Source of the DNA: Candidatus Uhrbacteria bacterium
GTDB taxonomy: Bacteria > Patescibacteriota > Patescibacteriia > UBA9934 > UBA10169
Reading direction: 5' to 3'
NCBI GenBank assembly: GCA_016187485.1
Contig: JACPJO010000002.1
Coordinates: 27,912-91,911 of the forward strand
Length of the DNA stretch: 64,000 nucleotides
The notes beneath the pieces are model-generated. The model saw only the letters and a program-made list of their open reading frames with translations, had not been told where the DNA came from and searched no databases. The first letter of the stretch is position 1. Each line of letters starts with the position of its first letter. Shown piece after piece: positions 47,728-57,595 of this stretch. The position numbers and the translations under genes are program-made.

Positions 47728-50592
47728 ATGGCCCAAGAGTATCTGCGCGTCCGTGGCGCGCGTGTGCACAATCTCAAAAATGTTTCCGTGGATATTCCCA
47801 AAAAGACGCTTACGGTTCTTACGGGCTTGTCGGGGTCGGGGAAGTCATCTCTTGCGTTTGATACGATCCACGCGGAGGGCCAGCGCCGCTATATGGAGTC
47901 GCTCTCCAGCTATGCGCGCCAGTTTTTAGAAATGCAGGATCGGCCGGACGTAGACGAGATCACGGGTCTTTCGCCCACGGTAGCGATTGACCAGAAGTCA
48001 TCTTCGCACAACCCGCGTTCCACGGTGGGGACCGTGACCGAGATCTATGATTATTTGCGCGTGCTCTTTGCGCGTGCAGGCGAATCGTTCTGTCCTGTCT
48101 GCCGTGTACCGGTGGAAGAGCAGACTCTTGCGGCCATGGCGGTGCGTACGCAGTCCTTGCTTGGCACGCACGAGGTTCTCGTGCTGGCTCCACTCGTGCG
48201 CTCGATGCCCGGCGAACACAAACAGGTGCTTGTGGCGGCGCAAGCGGCAGGATTTGCACAAGCGCGCTATGACGGGTTTTTGACGGATCTCGATGAACTT
48301 GTTGCCATTCGTAAAGACAAAAAGAAGCCGCACACCATCGAAGCTGTTGTCGCCGTGTTTTCTCCGGAAGACGTCCCTGCGCCGGAGCGTGTTCGCGATG
48401 TTCTGAAGCGCGCTCTGGAGTACGGCAATGGCCTTGTTCTTCTTGTTGATAACGAAACGGGGGATGAAACTCTCTTATCGCAAGCGCTTGCCTGCCCTTC
48501 GTGTGGACTCAATCTCCCGAAACCCGAGCCGCGTCTTTTCAGTTTTAATTCGCCCTCTGGTGCATGCGCCTCGTGCATGGGGCTTGGTATTAAGTTAGTT
48601 CTTGAGGAAGATCTTGTTATTCCCAACCGTCGTCTTACCTTTGCCGAAGGGGCGATCAAACCCTGGACACGCATTGCGGGAAATCAAACGAGCCATGTGC
48701 GTTTATTGGAACAGGTCGGGGAGCGGCACGGGTTTTCTACGCACATGCCGGTCGTGAAAATTCCTCGCAAGACGATGGAGCTTGTCTGGAGAGGGACCGG
48801 AGAGGAAACCTATAATTTGGACGGAGCGTCGGTCACCTTTCCCGGTATTTTAGTGCAGCTTGAAGAAAAGTATCGGACCACCGAATCAGATTATGTGCGC
48901 CACGAGCTTGAAAGTTACATGCGCACGATGATCTGTGGCGCCTGTGACGGCAAGCGCTTGAAGCCCGAAATGCTTGCCGTGCGTGTACTTGGGTATTCTA
49001 TCGGGGACCTTGTTGGACTCCCTCTAGAGGACCTCAAGCTGTTTTTTGAAAAGCCGTCTGCTCTGGCGGGAGCTTCCCCTTCAGCAAAAGTTTTTTCGAA
49101 AGACCAAAAGCAGATTTTTGAAACTGTGCAGAAAGATGTACTCGAACGTTTGCGCCACATGAACCAAGTGGGTCTGGGCTATCTTACGCTCGATCGTTCG
49201 GCGATTTCCCTTTCGGGCGGAGAGTCTCAACGCATGCGGCTAGCGACCCAGCTCTCGGCGTCGCTTTCCGGGATCATTTATATTTTGGACGAGCCGTCTA
49301 TCGGGCTCCACCCTCGTGATAACGATGCGCTCATAGAGACGATGAAGACGCTACGCGATGCAGGGAACACTGTTCTGGTCGTGGAGCATGATGCGGCCAT
49401 GATGCGTGCGGCAGATCATATTATTGATGTGGGTCCCGGTGCCGGAGAATACGGCGGCGAGATTGTCGCGAAAGGAACGTCGGCAGAGATTAAACGCAAG
49501 AAAGAATCGCTGACCGGCCAATATCTTGCGGGAAAAAAGACCGTCGGATTCCCCAAGCGCTATCGAGCAGGAAATCGTAAAAAAATTACCATCGAAGGCG
49601 CCACGGCGCACAACCTTCAAAATATTACCGTTTCGATTCCGCTTGGCACGCTCACGTGCGTCACGGGGGTTTCCGGTTCCGGAAAGTCCACGCTTATTTT
49701 AGATATTCTCGGCAACGCTCTTTCGCAGAAGTTCTATCGAGCAAAGGAAGAACCGGGAGAGCATAAGGCGCTTCGCGGCGTTGAACACATTGATAAGGTT
49801 GTTATGGTAGATCAATCTCCCATTGGACGCACGCCGCGCTCGAATCCCGCAACGTATACGACCGTGTTTACCGCGATTCGTGACTTGTTCACGGAAGTGC
49901 CGGAAGCAAAAATCCGCAATTTTGATGCAGGGAAGTTCAGTTTTAACGTGAAAGGAGGCGGGCGGTGCGAGGCCTGCGGAGGAGACGGCATGCGCCGCAT
50001 CGAAATGCAATTCATGCCGGACGTCTATGTGGAGTGTACAGAGTGTCACGGGCGCCGATATAACGAAGAGGCGCTTGAGATTCACTACAAGCAGAAAAAT
50101 ATTGCAGACGTTCTGGACATGACGGTGGAGGAGGCGCGGCGATTCTTTGCCGACAAAGAGGCCATTTTTGAAAAACTTGATGTGCTGCACCGTGTGGGAC
50201 TTGGGTACTTGAAGCTGGGACAACCGGCTACGACCCTATCGGGCGGGGAGGCGCAGCGCGTTAAGCTCTCTACGGAACTTTCCCGCCGGGCCACGGGGCG
50301 CACGCTCTATATTTTAGACGAGCCGACGACAGGACTGCACTTCGAGGACATCAAACGTCTGCTGGGCATCCTTCACATGCTGGTGGAGAAGGGGAACACC
50401 GTGCTTCTTATTGAACACAACTTGGACGTGATCGCTTCTTCTGACTGGGTGGTCGATATGGGGCCCGAAGGGGGGGCAAAAGGGGGGGAAATTATTGCTA
50501 CCGGAACACCGAGAGACGTGGCGAAGATGCGGGAGAGCAAGACGGGACAATATCTCAAAGAGCTTTTCTCAAAGAAGCGGAAAAATAGCTAA
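47728..50592 (+). CDS. uvrA: Excinuclease ABC subunit A
   Basis: [28 protein letters not shown] twice, GVSGSGKST, Zn fingers. Confidence 0.98.
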   Translation: MAQEYLRVRGARVHNLKNVSVDIPKKTLTVLTGLSGSGKSSLAFDTIHAEGQRRYMESLSSYARQFLEMQDRPDVDEITGLSPTVAIDQKSSSHNPRSTVGTVTEIYDYLRVLFARAGESFCPVCRVPVEEQTLAAMAVRTQSLLGTHEVLVLAPLVRSMPGEHKQVLVAAQAAGFAQARYDGFLTDLDELVAIRKDKKKPHTIEAVVAVFSPEDVPAPERVRDVLKRALEYGNGLVLLVDNETGDETLLSQALACPSCGLNLPKPEPRLFSFNSPSGACASCMGLGIKLVLEEDLVIPNRRLTFAEGAIKPWTRIAGNQTSHVRLLEQVGERHGFSTHMPVVKIPRKTMELVWRGTGEETYNLDGASVTFPGILVQLEEKYRTTESDYVRHELESYMRTMICGACDGKRLKPEMLAVRVLGYSIGDLVGLPLEDLKLFFEKPSALAGASPSAKVFSKDQKQIFETVQKDVLERLRHMNQVGLGYLTLDRSAISLSGGESQRMRLATQLSASLSGIIYILDEPSIGLHPRDNDALIETMKTLRDAGNTVLVVEHDAAMMRAADHIIDVGPGAGEYGGEIVAKGTSAEIKRKKESLTGQYLAGKKTVGFPKRYRAGNRKKITIEGATAHNLQNITVSIPLGTLTCVTGVSGSGKSTLILDILGNALSQKFYRAKEEPGEHKALRGVEHIDKVVMVDQSPIGRTPRSNPATYTTVFTAIRDLFTEVPEAKIRNFDAGKFSFNVKGGGRCEACGGDGMRRIEMQFMPDVYVECTECHGRRYNEEALEIHYKQKNIADVLDMTVEEARRFFADKEAIFEKLDVLHRVGLGYLKLGQPATTLSGGEAQRVKLSTELSRRATGRTLYILDEPTTGLHFEDIKRLLGILHMLVEKGNTVLLIEHNLDVIASSDWVVDMGPEGGAKGGEIIATGTPRDVAKMRESKTGQYLKELFSKKRKNS

Positions 50593-50608
50593 GGATAGCT
50601 ATTTTTTC
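50581..50608 (+). terminator. uvrA terminator
   Basis: AAAAATAGCTA-AGGA-TAGCTATTTTT hairpin. Confidence 0.65.
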
Positions 50609-50629
50609 TTTAGGCTTCTATAGTAGCCA

Positions 50630-50658
50630 TTGACAAAAAGCCCTAATTTTGCTATTTT
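50630..50658 (+). promoter_or_regulatory. Sigma70 promoter
   Basis: TTGACA-17 nt-TATTTT with extended TG, 8 nt before the ATG at 50667. Confidence 0.6.
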
Positions 50659-50666
50659 CCCCTCTT

Positions 50667-52382
50667 ATGAAAAAGACATTTCTCGCCGTTATTCTTGTGG
50701 CCATCTTGCTGCCCGCGGGCATTGGTCGTGCAGATAACCCCACTTGGCAGGTTTTAACTGCCACGGATGTATGGGATCGTGGAACACACCGCGTGGAGCG
50801 TTTGGATCTCCCGCGCATTGTGGAAGGTCCCCTCAACTTGGGTGACAATGTGGTTGTACAGACTGTTGCTTCCAGTTGTGTGAGTGCTGCCTGCGATGAA
50901 CGCGATGCCTATATTCTTCGCAACGGCTCGGCCATCCGCGTGCCTAACGTGCCCAAGAGCGCGCTTTCGCTTGCAGAGTTTAATGCGAACGGCGGGCGTG
51001 TTGTGTGGGCGGTGCCGGTGCCTTCGGACACGGGTCGTTGGGATGTGATTGAACTGGATCTTGCCAGCGGACAAAAAGTAAAAATCGCCGGGAACTTTTT
51101 CCTCGGCAATGTGGAAACCATGAAAGTTCGTGTGGCGGACGGAGAGATTTTCCTGAATCCTACGTTCATTTCTGGCGGAAATACCTTCAAGAACGCTGGG
51201 GTGTTCCGCTATGATCGTGCGCGCGGCGATGTGGTGAATGTTACACAGCGCTTCAACGCTCAGCACGAGGAACTTCTCGACGTGGATCTTGCCAACAACC
51301 GTATTCTCACGAAGATGTCGTTTGCCTCTGGGGAGAAACAACTTTGGCTTACCAAAATCACCTCGGAATATTTGAATGGCGAAGCCAACCGTATCATCGG
51401 CACATGGACGCCGGCGCATGAGGACCTTGTAGGCGGACACTTCCGTCCAGATGGTTCGGTCGAATACTTCCGCATGTACACGCGCAGCCTTTCTTCGACG
51501 AACGGGGTCGTGGATACATTCCAGACAACGGCGCTTGGCGAGCAGATGTCGTGGTACCGTCCGGCAAGCGATGCCGTCACTATTTCTGGTGACAACATGG
51601 TGTGGATCAACAATGATAATGAGCTTACCGTTTCCAATGAACAGTTCGGCACGATCCGTGTGGGCACTATTGGTCCGCGCGCGCCGCGTGTCGTTGGGAC
51701 AGATGTGTACTTTGCCACGCCCGAGGGCATGGGAATGGTCTATCGTCTCAAAGATGGAGTGAGCACGCTTCTTGATTACATGCCGACGGATCGCTTCAAA
51801 GTGGCGATGGTGGGTGTGGACGAGGCGGGAACAGTTCGTTTTGGCTCTACAAAGAACCCCGACGAGTCCATTTCGATGGGCGTGGGAACGGATGCGGCCC
51901 TTTCTGATGAGCGCCATGTCTATTGGCGCGGCGTGGACGGAGCGATCTACGAAGCAACGCTCTCGACAGATCCAGGCGTAAGCACAACGGGAAAGATGGA
52001 GGCCGTGAAAGTGGAGAACAATCCGACGGTGTTTCTGACCGATGGCGTGAATCGCTGGACCTTCACGAATGAGGATGTCTATCGTACGTGGTTTGACTCT
52101 ATGGACACGGTAAAGACGATCTCTGCGACACGACTTGCATACTTGCGTGATCGCGGCACGGCACAATTTGCGCCGGGCACAAAAGTAAAAGCAAAAGATG
52201 ACGCGCGTCTGTATGTGGTCGGCCGGGACAATAAGGCCCACTGGATCGTGAACGAGACGGTTGCCGATGCCGTGTTTGGATCCTCGTGGAACAAGGACGT
52301 CAAAGAAATTGATACCGCGGCGATGGTTTCCTACCAACAGGGCCGCACCATTGATGACGCTCTCGATATTGACCTGATCTAA
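50667..52382 (+). CDS. Secreted beta-propeller-like protein with C-terminal tandem beta-repeat domain
   Basis: Signal peptide MKKTFLAVILVAILLPAGIGRA; repeated xVxW blades; C-terminal domain homologous to that of 18153-18962. Confidence 0.75.
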   Translation: MKKTFLAVILVAILLPAGIGRADNPTWQVLTATDVWDRGTHRVERLDLPRIVEGPLNLGDNVVVQTVASSCVSAACDERDAYILRNGSAIRVPNVPKSALSLAEFNANGGRVVWAVPVPSDTGRWDVIELDLASGQKVKIAGNFFLGNVETMKVRVADGEIFLNPTFISGGNTFKNAGVFRYDRARGDVVNVTQRFNAQHEELLDVDLANNRILTKMSFASGEKQLWLTKITSEYLNGEANRIIGTWTPAHEDLVGGHFRPDGSVEYFRMYTRSLSSTNGVVDTFQTTALGEQMSWYRPASDAVTISGDNMVWINNDNELTVSNEQFGTIRVGTIGPRAPRVVGTDVYFATPEGMGMVYRLKDGVSTLLDYMPTDRFKVAMVGVDEAGTVRFGSTKNPDESISMGVGTDAALSDERHVYWRGVDGAIYEATLSTDPGVSTTGKMEAVKVENNPTVFLTDGVNRWTFTNEDVYRTWFDSMDTVKTISATRLAYLRDRGTAQFAPGTKVKAKDDARLYVVGRDNKAHWIVNETVADAVFGSSWNKDVKEIDTAAMVSYQQGRTIDDALDIDLI

Positions 52383-52405
52383 AAACGGAAAAAGAAAAAA
52401 GGGCC

Positions 52406-52873
52406 TTAGAGGCTCTTTTTTCGTTCACGCAAGGCGCGCTTGAGACGAGAAGTCGGGCGTCCTTCCTTAAGGCGCGGACGCAGGAAGGAAAGTTTTGCGC
52501 GCCGGACCTTCATGGTTTTGAGTATCTCGACTTTTTCTATTGTAGGAACCGCAAGGGGGTAAATTTTCTCCACCCCATACCCTTTGCTGACTTTACGCAC
52601 TGTCATGGTGCGACCGATACCGGATCCGCCAAGTGCGACGACGGTCCCTTCAAACACCTGGACACGGACACGCTCTTCGCCGGAGGGAGTGACGTCTTTG
52701 ATTTTTTCGTGCACGCGGATAATCATGCCGGGGCGCAGATCGCGGTGCAAACGATCACGCTTCACTTCTTCCACGACTACGGGCTCGGCCGGTGTCTCTT
52801 CCTCTTGGGCTTCCGTCGGCGCCTGAACGGGGGTCTCAACCTCCGTCTGTGGGTCTTGTCCTTCGTCTGTCAT
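52406..52873 (-). CDS. rplS: 50S ribosomal protein L19
   Basis: LRPGMIIRVHEKI, RVQVFEG, TVRKVSKGYGVEKIYP, KVRRAKL. Confidence 0.95.
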   Translation of the reverse strand: MTDEGQDPQTEVETPVQAPTEAQEEETPAEPVVVEEVKRDRLHRDLRPGMIIRVHEKIKDVTPSGEERVRVQVFEGTVVALGGSGIGRTMTVRKVSKGYGVEKIYPLAVPTIEKVEILKTMKVRRAKLSFLRPRLKEGRPTSRLKRALRERKKSL

Positions 52874-52958
52874 AGACAGAAAATTTACGAGAGGATCACG
52901 TTCCGTTCCTGCGGCGGATCAGTGATCGTCGGTTATAAAGTGCGAGGAGTGTAAGAAA

Positions 52959-53348
52959 TCAGCCGCGAATTGTCAACCAGCCGCGCCAATTTTTCGGCCA
53001 ACCCTGCAAGAGGGTAAGGGCGAGAGGCGCGCCCCAATTTGCCCACCGTTCCACGAAATCCCACACCGGCTCGCCCACGATGGGGCGCAAAAGCGCCGTC
53101 CAGAATCCCCAGGCGGCTGCCCAGAGGAGGGCCAGACGGATGGGATAGAAGAGAACCAGGATGGCAATAAGGACGTCCAGAGCGCCCACATAGGTGACGA
53201 TCTGTGCTGACGTCTCGATACTCGTACCGAGGATTTGAGACACCCAGCCGTTCCATGCCTCTTTACCCAGAAGGCCGAACATGCCATGACCCAGGAATTC
53301 TCCCGCCACGGCGACACGCAGAATCCACTCAAGGAGAGATGGTTTCAT
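52959..53348 (-). CDS. DoxX-like four-TM membrane protein
   Basis: LRVAVAGEFLGHG motif, four hydrophobic segments. Confidence 0.7.
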   Translation of the reverse strand: MKPSLLEWILRVAVAGEFLGHGMFGLLGKEAWNGWVSQILGTSIETSAQIVTYVGALDVLIAILVLFYPIRLALLWAAAWGFWTALLRPIVGEPVWDFVERWANWGAPLALTLLQGWPKNWRGWLTIRG

Positions 53349-53384
53349 AAAAAAATTGGATATACTATAGTACGACTCATTCGC

Positions 53385-53459
53385 AGGCCCGTAGCTCAGC
53401 GGTAGAGCATCGAGCTTATACCTCGACGGTCGCTGGTTCGATCCCAGCCGGGCCTACCA
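53385..53459 (+). tRNA. tRNA-Ile(TAT)
   Basis: AGGCCCG...CGGGCCT-ACCA; anticodon stem TCGAG/CTCGA, loop CTTATAC. Confidence 0.93.
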
Positions 53460-53482
53460 AGATGCCCTGAAATCTACTCTGC

Positions 53483-54202
53483 ATGAACAGAAAAATCAAT
53501 CTCCAGATTCTGTATGAAGATGCCGATATTGTTGTCGTGAACAAGCCGGCCGGTCTTTTAGTCCACCGCATACACGAGGATGACACAATGCCAAACGTTG
53601 CGGATCTGCTAGCGGAGAAGTTTCCTTCCCTGCGTACGGTGGGGGACCGGCCGGATCTCCGTCCGGGTATTGTGCACCGACTTGATAAAGAGGCCTCCGG
53701 GATTCTTGTCGTTGCAAAAACACAAGCGGCCTTCACGCATCTCAAAGAGCAATTTAAAACACGAACGGTGGAAAAATTTTACAACGTGCTGGTGTATGGG
53801 AAGGTTTCCAAAGATGTAGGAGATATTCATTTCCGCCTGTCGCGATCCAAAAAGACGGGACGCATGGCAGCTCTTCCCAAAGATGCTTCTCTGGGGCGCG
53901 AAGCGCATACGGAGTATGAGGTCATGGCACGGTATGCCACGGCAACACTTCTACGCATCCAGATTCATACAGGCCGCACGCATCAAATTCGCTCGCACAT
54001 GCTGGCTCTTGGACACCCGGTTGTGGGCGACAAACTGTACCGACGCGGACATATGCGGCATATTCGCCCCATAGAAACAGACCATCTTTTTCTCCATGCA
54101 GAAGAACTCTCCATCGACCTTCCCTCTGGTTTGCGCAAAACATTCCATGCGGAACTCCCCAAAGAACTTGAGGCCATTTTGCAATCTCTCCACAAAGTAT
54201 GA
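53483..54202 (+). CDS. RluA-family pseudouridine synthase
   Basis: VNKPAGLLVH, VHRLDKEASG, TGRTHQIRSH, GDKLY, LFLHA. Confidence 0.95.
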   Translation: MNRKINLQILYEDADIVVVNKPAGLLVHRIHEDDTMPNVADLLAEKFPSLRTVGDRPDLRPGIVHRLDKEASGILVVAKTQAAFTHLKEQFKTRTVEKFYNVLVYGKVSKDVGDIHFRLSRSKKTGRMAALPKDASLGREAHTEYEVMARYATATLLRIQIHTGRTHQIRSHMLALGHPVVGDKLYRRGHMRHIRPIETDHLFLHAEELSIDLPSGLRKTFHAELPKELEAILQSLHKV

Positions 54203-54762
54203 AAGGCACCCTCTTTGTGTTGACAGGACCATCTGGAGTGGGGAAAACGAGCGTGGCTCGCGAGCTTTTGGCTCGCGAAGAGCGTCTGCGCCGAGTGATT
54301 ACATACACGACGCGCAGCTCTCGCCCGGGAGAAGTGGACGGGAGGGACTATCACTTTGTTTCACGATCTGAATTTGAGCGTATGGTTGCAGTGGGCGAGA
54401 TGCTTGAATGGGCGGACGTCTATGGGCATTTATACGGGCAAACGATTGCCGACGTGGAGCGAACATTAGGAGAAGGTCATGACGTGCTGTTGGTGCTTGA
54501 TCCGCAAGGAGCGAAGACGATTATGGAGAGCGGGCGGGGAGCCGTGTCATTTTTTCTTGATGCGCCAGATGAAGAAATCTTGGGGCGACTCAAGGGACGA
54601 GAGACGGATACCGAAGAGGTAATCGAGCGGCGTGCGCGCGCTCTGGCGTTTGATCGCTCCCACGCATCGTTTTGCTCGCATCGCATCCAAAACACGGAGG
54701 GCAAGATGGCAGAAGCGGTCGAAGCCATCTCTGGAATCATGTATAATGACCGTGCGTTATGA
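54199..54762 (+). CDS. gmk: Guanylate kinase
   Basis: GPSGVGKT, TTRSSRPGEVDGRDYHF, EWADVYGHLYG. Confidence 0.96.
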   Translation: MKGTLFVLTGPSGVGKTSVARELLAREERLRRVITYTTRSSRPGEVDGRDYHFVSRSEFERMVAVGEMLEWADVYGHLYGQTIADVERTLGEGHDVLLVLDPQGAKTIMESGRGAVSFFLDAPDEEILGRLKGRETDTEEVIERRARALAFDRSHASFCSHRIQNTEGKMAEAVEAISGIMYNDRAL

Positions 54763-54926
54763 TCTACATGTCCATCGGTGTCGCCATTACGATATTTGCC
54801 ACGATCTTTTTAGTCTATGGCGTGAAGCATCATGATCGGGAAGTGTTGATGGGTTCCATTCCTGTTCTTGCCGTTGGGATTTTCGTGGTCATTCTCTCCT
54901 ACGTGGTGTTCCGGTCACAGCTATGA
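54759..54926 (+). CDS. Small two-TM membrane protein (55 aa)
   Basis: MIYMSIGVAITIFATIFLVYGVKHHDREVLMGSIPVLAVGIFVVILSYVVFRSQL; ATGA overlaps at both ends; below the ORF-track cutoff. Confidence 0.75.
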   Translation: MIYMSIGVAITIFATIFLVYGVKHHDREVLMGSIPVLAVGIFVVILSYVVFRSQL

Positions 54927-55318
54927 CAAGTGACCTTTCGTATCTTCTCATCCTTGCCGTGCTGTGGTTTTTGTTCTATTGGGTGCTTGGCGGGGCGTTT
55001 TTTGCCGTCATGTCCGTCTTTCGGCTTGGACGTTTAAAGAAGGCGCGGTTCTCGTGCCTCTTTACGCTTTTTACTGCAGCCTCGGCATTCGGCGCCGCGT
55101 ATTTCGGTCTCCGATGGGCCAACGAATCCTCGCGTGAATGCATTTCCCTCGCTCAATCAAACCTCGAAGGATTTGTGGGATTCTTCGGGTGCAGTCTTGT
55201 CTCACTTACCATGAGTTTTCTGGCTGGTGCGCTTGCCGTCATCGTACTTGGGTGGCTTGCCATGGGACTTTCGTCACTCAAGATTCTTTTGCCAGGAGTT
55301 GATGAAGAGAAGGAATAG
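54923..55318 (+). CDS. Three-TM membrane protein
   Basis: Hydrophobic ORF translationally coupled to the upstream gene. Confidence 0.75.
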   Translation: MTSDLSYLLILAVLWFLFYWVLGGAFFAVMSVFRLGRLKKARFSCLFTLFTAASAFGAAYFGLRWANESSRECISLAQSNLEGFVGFFGCSLVSLTMSFLAGALAVIVLGWLAMGLSSLKILLPGVDEEKE

Positions 55319-56504
55319 GTCTCCCATCAAGCTCCGCACTTCGCACCGTATCGAGCAGACGGCGGAATTCCGGGCCGGGGGAAAACCCTTGTGCCAGGAG
55401 ATCATCACCTGTGAGGATAGGAGGCAGAGCAGAAGCGCGGAAAACAGAAAGGAGCCGCTCGGCCGCGCGAGCGTTTTTTGTTTCTTGAAGAAAGGGGACG
55501 AGGAGGGCGCGATGGGGGAGGAATGTGCGTTCGATCTCGGCGGAAGAAAATTTCTGCAGGCCGTGTTGATGGACAAGAAGAGCGACACGAATCGCTTTTC
55601 GGTTGACGGCGAGGCGCCAGTGTTTCAACCACGCGTCATAGCGGGGAGGATCGGTGTCCTTTCCGCAGAGGGCAAAGATGAGCGTAGGGTCCGTGACAGA
55701 GGTTTTAGGTACTGCCAGAGGAAGGCCGTCCCAGAGGACTTTATTCACGTGAGCGAAGGTTAGTAGTTCGTAGGCGCGCGGAGGGTCTGCGACAAACATC
55801 CGGAGCAATTCTTGCCCGACCATCTGGTGCGCGACAAGGGGACGGCCGTGGGAGTCGGTGTGGGCCAAGCGTGGAGCGAGCGTCTCGATAGCGTGCCACG
55901 TTTTGGGTTCGATGGTTGCAGAAAGCGCGCAAGCAAAGCGGATGGCGCGCAGGATACGCGTGGAATCTTCCTTGAGTCGTGCGAGGGGGTCGCCTACGGC
56001 ACGAATGATGCGTGCCTTGAGGTCTTGTTCCCCGCCGCACGGGTCAATCAATGTCTCGGTACGCCATTCCCATGCCATCGCGTTGACGGTAAAGTCACGT
56101 CTACGCAGATCTTCCTCAATGGGAAGGAACGGATCGCTTTGCACGGAAAAATTTTTGTAGCCGCCGTCTTGTTGTGTGGAGATTTCTGTGCGCGGCAGGG
56201 CGATTTCTATTTTCGGATTACGCGGGTTGGCGTAGGGAATGAACCCGAACACGCCAAAACGGGAGCCCTCTAACTTTACGATGCCGTGCGATTGGAGCCA
56301 CTCCGCGAGATCCTTCATCAAAACGCCGGTGACGACAAGATCGAGGTCGTGAAGGGGGACGCCCCGCAAGGCATCACGTACCGCACCACCTACGACATAC
56401 ACGTTCGCAGAGGGGTAATGTTTGAGAAGCTCATCAACCCACACGAGCGCCGTGAGGTGCTTGAAAGGGAACAGACAGTGATTATTGGGATGTTGTAGGG
56501 GCAC
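55278..56504 (-). CDS. cca: CCA tRNA nucleotidyltransferase (class II)
   Basis: VVGGAVRD, DLDL, EDLRRRDFTVNAMA, EDSTRILRAIRF. Confidence 0.9.
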   Translation of the reverse strand: MPLQHPNNHCLFPFKHLTALVWVDELLKHYPSANVYVVGGAVRDALRGVPLHDLDLVVTGVLMKDLAEWLQSHGIVKLEGSRFGVFGFIPYANPRNPKIEIALPRTEISTQQDGGYKNFSVQSDPFLPIEEDLRRRDFTVNAMAWEWRTETLIDPCGGEQDLKARIIRAVGDPLARLKEDSTRILRAIRFACALSATIEPKTWHAIETLAPRLAHTDSHGRPLVAHQMVGQELLRMFVADPPRAYELLTFAHVNKVLWDGLPLAVPKTSVTDPTLIFALCGKDTDPPRYDAWLKHWRLAVNRKAIRVALLVHQHGLQKFSSAEIERTFLPHRALLVPFLQETKNARAAERLLSVFRASALPPILTGDDLLAQGFSPGPEFRRLLDTVRSAELDGRPIPSLHQLLAKES

Positions 56505-56646
56505 AATTTTCGAAACGCACTTACCTATTTATGGGAAAAGATTTACGTGCACACTCCTGGGGCTATCATCATTATTTCCATTGGTTTATCACTAGTATCC
56601 TCGTTCGGTTATCATTATTATTCCCCATTGGTAGATTTTCATGATT

Positions 56647-56683
56647 ACCTCACACAAGTGCCGATCGGCCCTTGCATGAAGTT
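56647..56683. repeat. Degenerate copy of the 44-bp palindrome (downstream flank of PaaX/Cas2-like gene)
   Basis: ACCTCACACAAGTGCCGATCGGCCCTTGCATGAAGTT, 33/37 identical to 57241-57277. Confidence 0.9.
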
Positions 56684-56686
56684 TTG

Positions 56687-57220
56687 CTAACAGTGTTCTT
56701 CTACGGTAAATACTCGGATCCACCGTGCGTGACGGGATTTTCGAAAGAGGTCTGTGATGGGTTCTGCGGCGTCAAAAGGGGAAATCCACACGCTTCTTTG
56801 TATTGGCATGAATCCGGCAGATTCAAGGAAACCACGCAGAAGCTTTCGGAGAGATCGGTGCGACTCTGGAATATCAAATACCACCATACACATTTTTTCT
56901 TCCGGGAGGAGGTCGGCATCGAAGACGCGGAGCCGGAAAATTTCTTGCCACCCCTTTTCTGTAATGGCCACCTCATATTTTTTAGCGGCACGCCGTGTTT
57001 TGATAAATCGTAATCGGCGAAGCCGGTCTAATGCTTGCTGTCGAGCCTTTCTTTTTGCCCGGGCATGGGCAATATGTAGTCCGTCGTAACCGTAGTAGTT
57101 GAGTGTGCGCCGCCCTTGTCGGCTCATCAACAAAAAGTAAGCTTCTCCCAAGTGAGAGAGTTCAGAAAGTATTCGTGCGGTCTCCGACCGATCTTTCAGG
57201 TGATAGAGCCGTGAGAGCAT
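56687..57220 (-). CDS. wHTH plus PaaX-middle/Cas2-like domain protein
   Basis: ALDRLRRLRFI...ITEKG wHTH; MVVFDIPE..R..LR..L...GF..IQRSVW. Confidence 0.82.
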   Translation of the reverse strand: MLSRLYHLKDRSETARILSELSHLGEAYFLLMSRQGRRTLNYYGYDGLHIAHARAKRKARQQALDRLRRLRFIKTRRAAKKYEVAITEKGWQEIFRLRVFDADLLPEEKMCMVVFDIPESHRSLRKLLRGFLESAGFMPIQRSVWISPFDAAEPITDLFRKSRHARWIRVFTVEEHC

Positions 57221-57236
57221 ATTTGCGTAGATTCGA

Positions 57237-57280
57237 TCGAACCTCACACAAGGGCCGATCGGCCCTTGTGTGAGGTTCGA
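57237..57280. repeat. Perfect 44-bp palindrome (upstream flank of PaaX/Cas2-like gene)
   Basis: TCGAACCTCACACAAGGGCCGA|TCGGCCCTTGTGTGAGGTTCGA. Confidence 0.95.
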
Positions 57281-57310
57281 ATACAATTGAAGAAACTATA
57301 TCAGGTATTC

Positions 57311-57420
57311 CTTCACGTGTTGAGCAGAGACCGAAACATCTTCACGTGTTGAGCAGAGACCAAAACATCTTTACGTGTTGAGCAGAAACACAAAATCCTG
57401 CTTGAGCAAAAATAAAAAAC
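57311..57420 (+). repeat. 29-bp tandem repeat (3 copies plus remnant)
   Basis: CTTCACGTGTTGAGCAGAGACCGAAACAT at 57311, 57340 and 57369, decaying rightwards. Confidence 0.9.
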
Positions 57421-57493
57421 ACCCCGCTTGGACGGAGAATCCTTTACCTCTCGACTTCATGCACTCGACAAACGTACAGACTTTACTCAATCT

Positions 57494-57595
57494 ATTCGAC
57501 GAGCTTTGCTTCTCGCGGTCGAAGAACATGACCCATCGACGAGCTCAGGGTCATACTGAGTTTATCGAAGCATGAGCGAGCAAAGCGAGTCGAAT
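57494..57595. repeat. Nested REP-like inverted repeats 3' of tRNA-Val
   Basis: Outer ATTCGAC..GCTTTGCT/AGCAAAGC..GTCGAAT; inner TCGACGAGCTCAG/CTGAGTTTATCGA and ATGACCC/GGGTCAT. Confidence 0.7.

Noticed and set aside
50754-52337. 527-aa minus-strand ORF, and similar long antisense ORFs at 28094-29134, 31029-31961, 38193-39125 and 41530-42501
   Set aside because: Each lies opposite a well-supported gene and lacks recognisable motifs
56687-57420. CRISPR-Cas locus (Cas2-like gene plus repeats)
   Set aside because: Repeats are head-to-tail with no unique spacers, no cas1 or effector genes are present, and the protein has an extra wHTH domain
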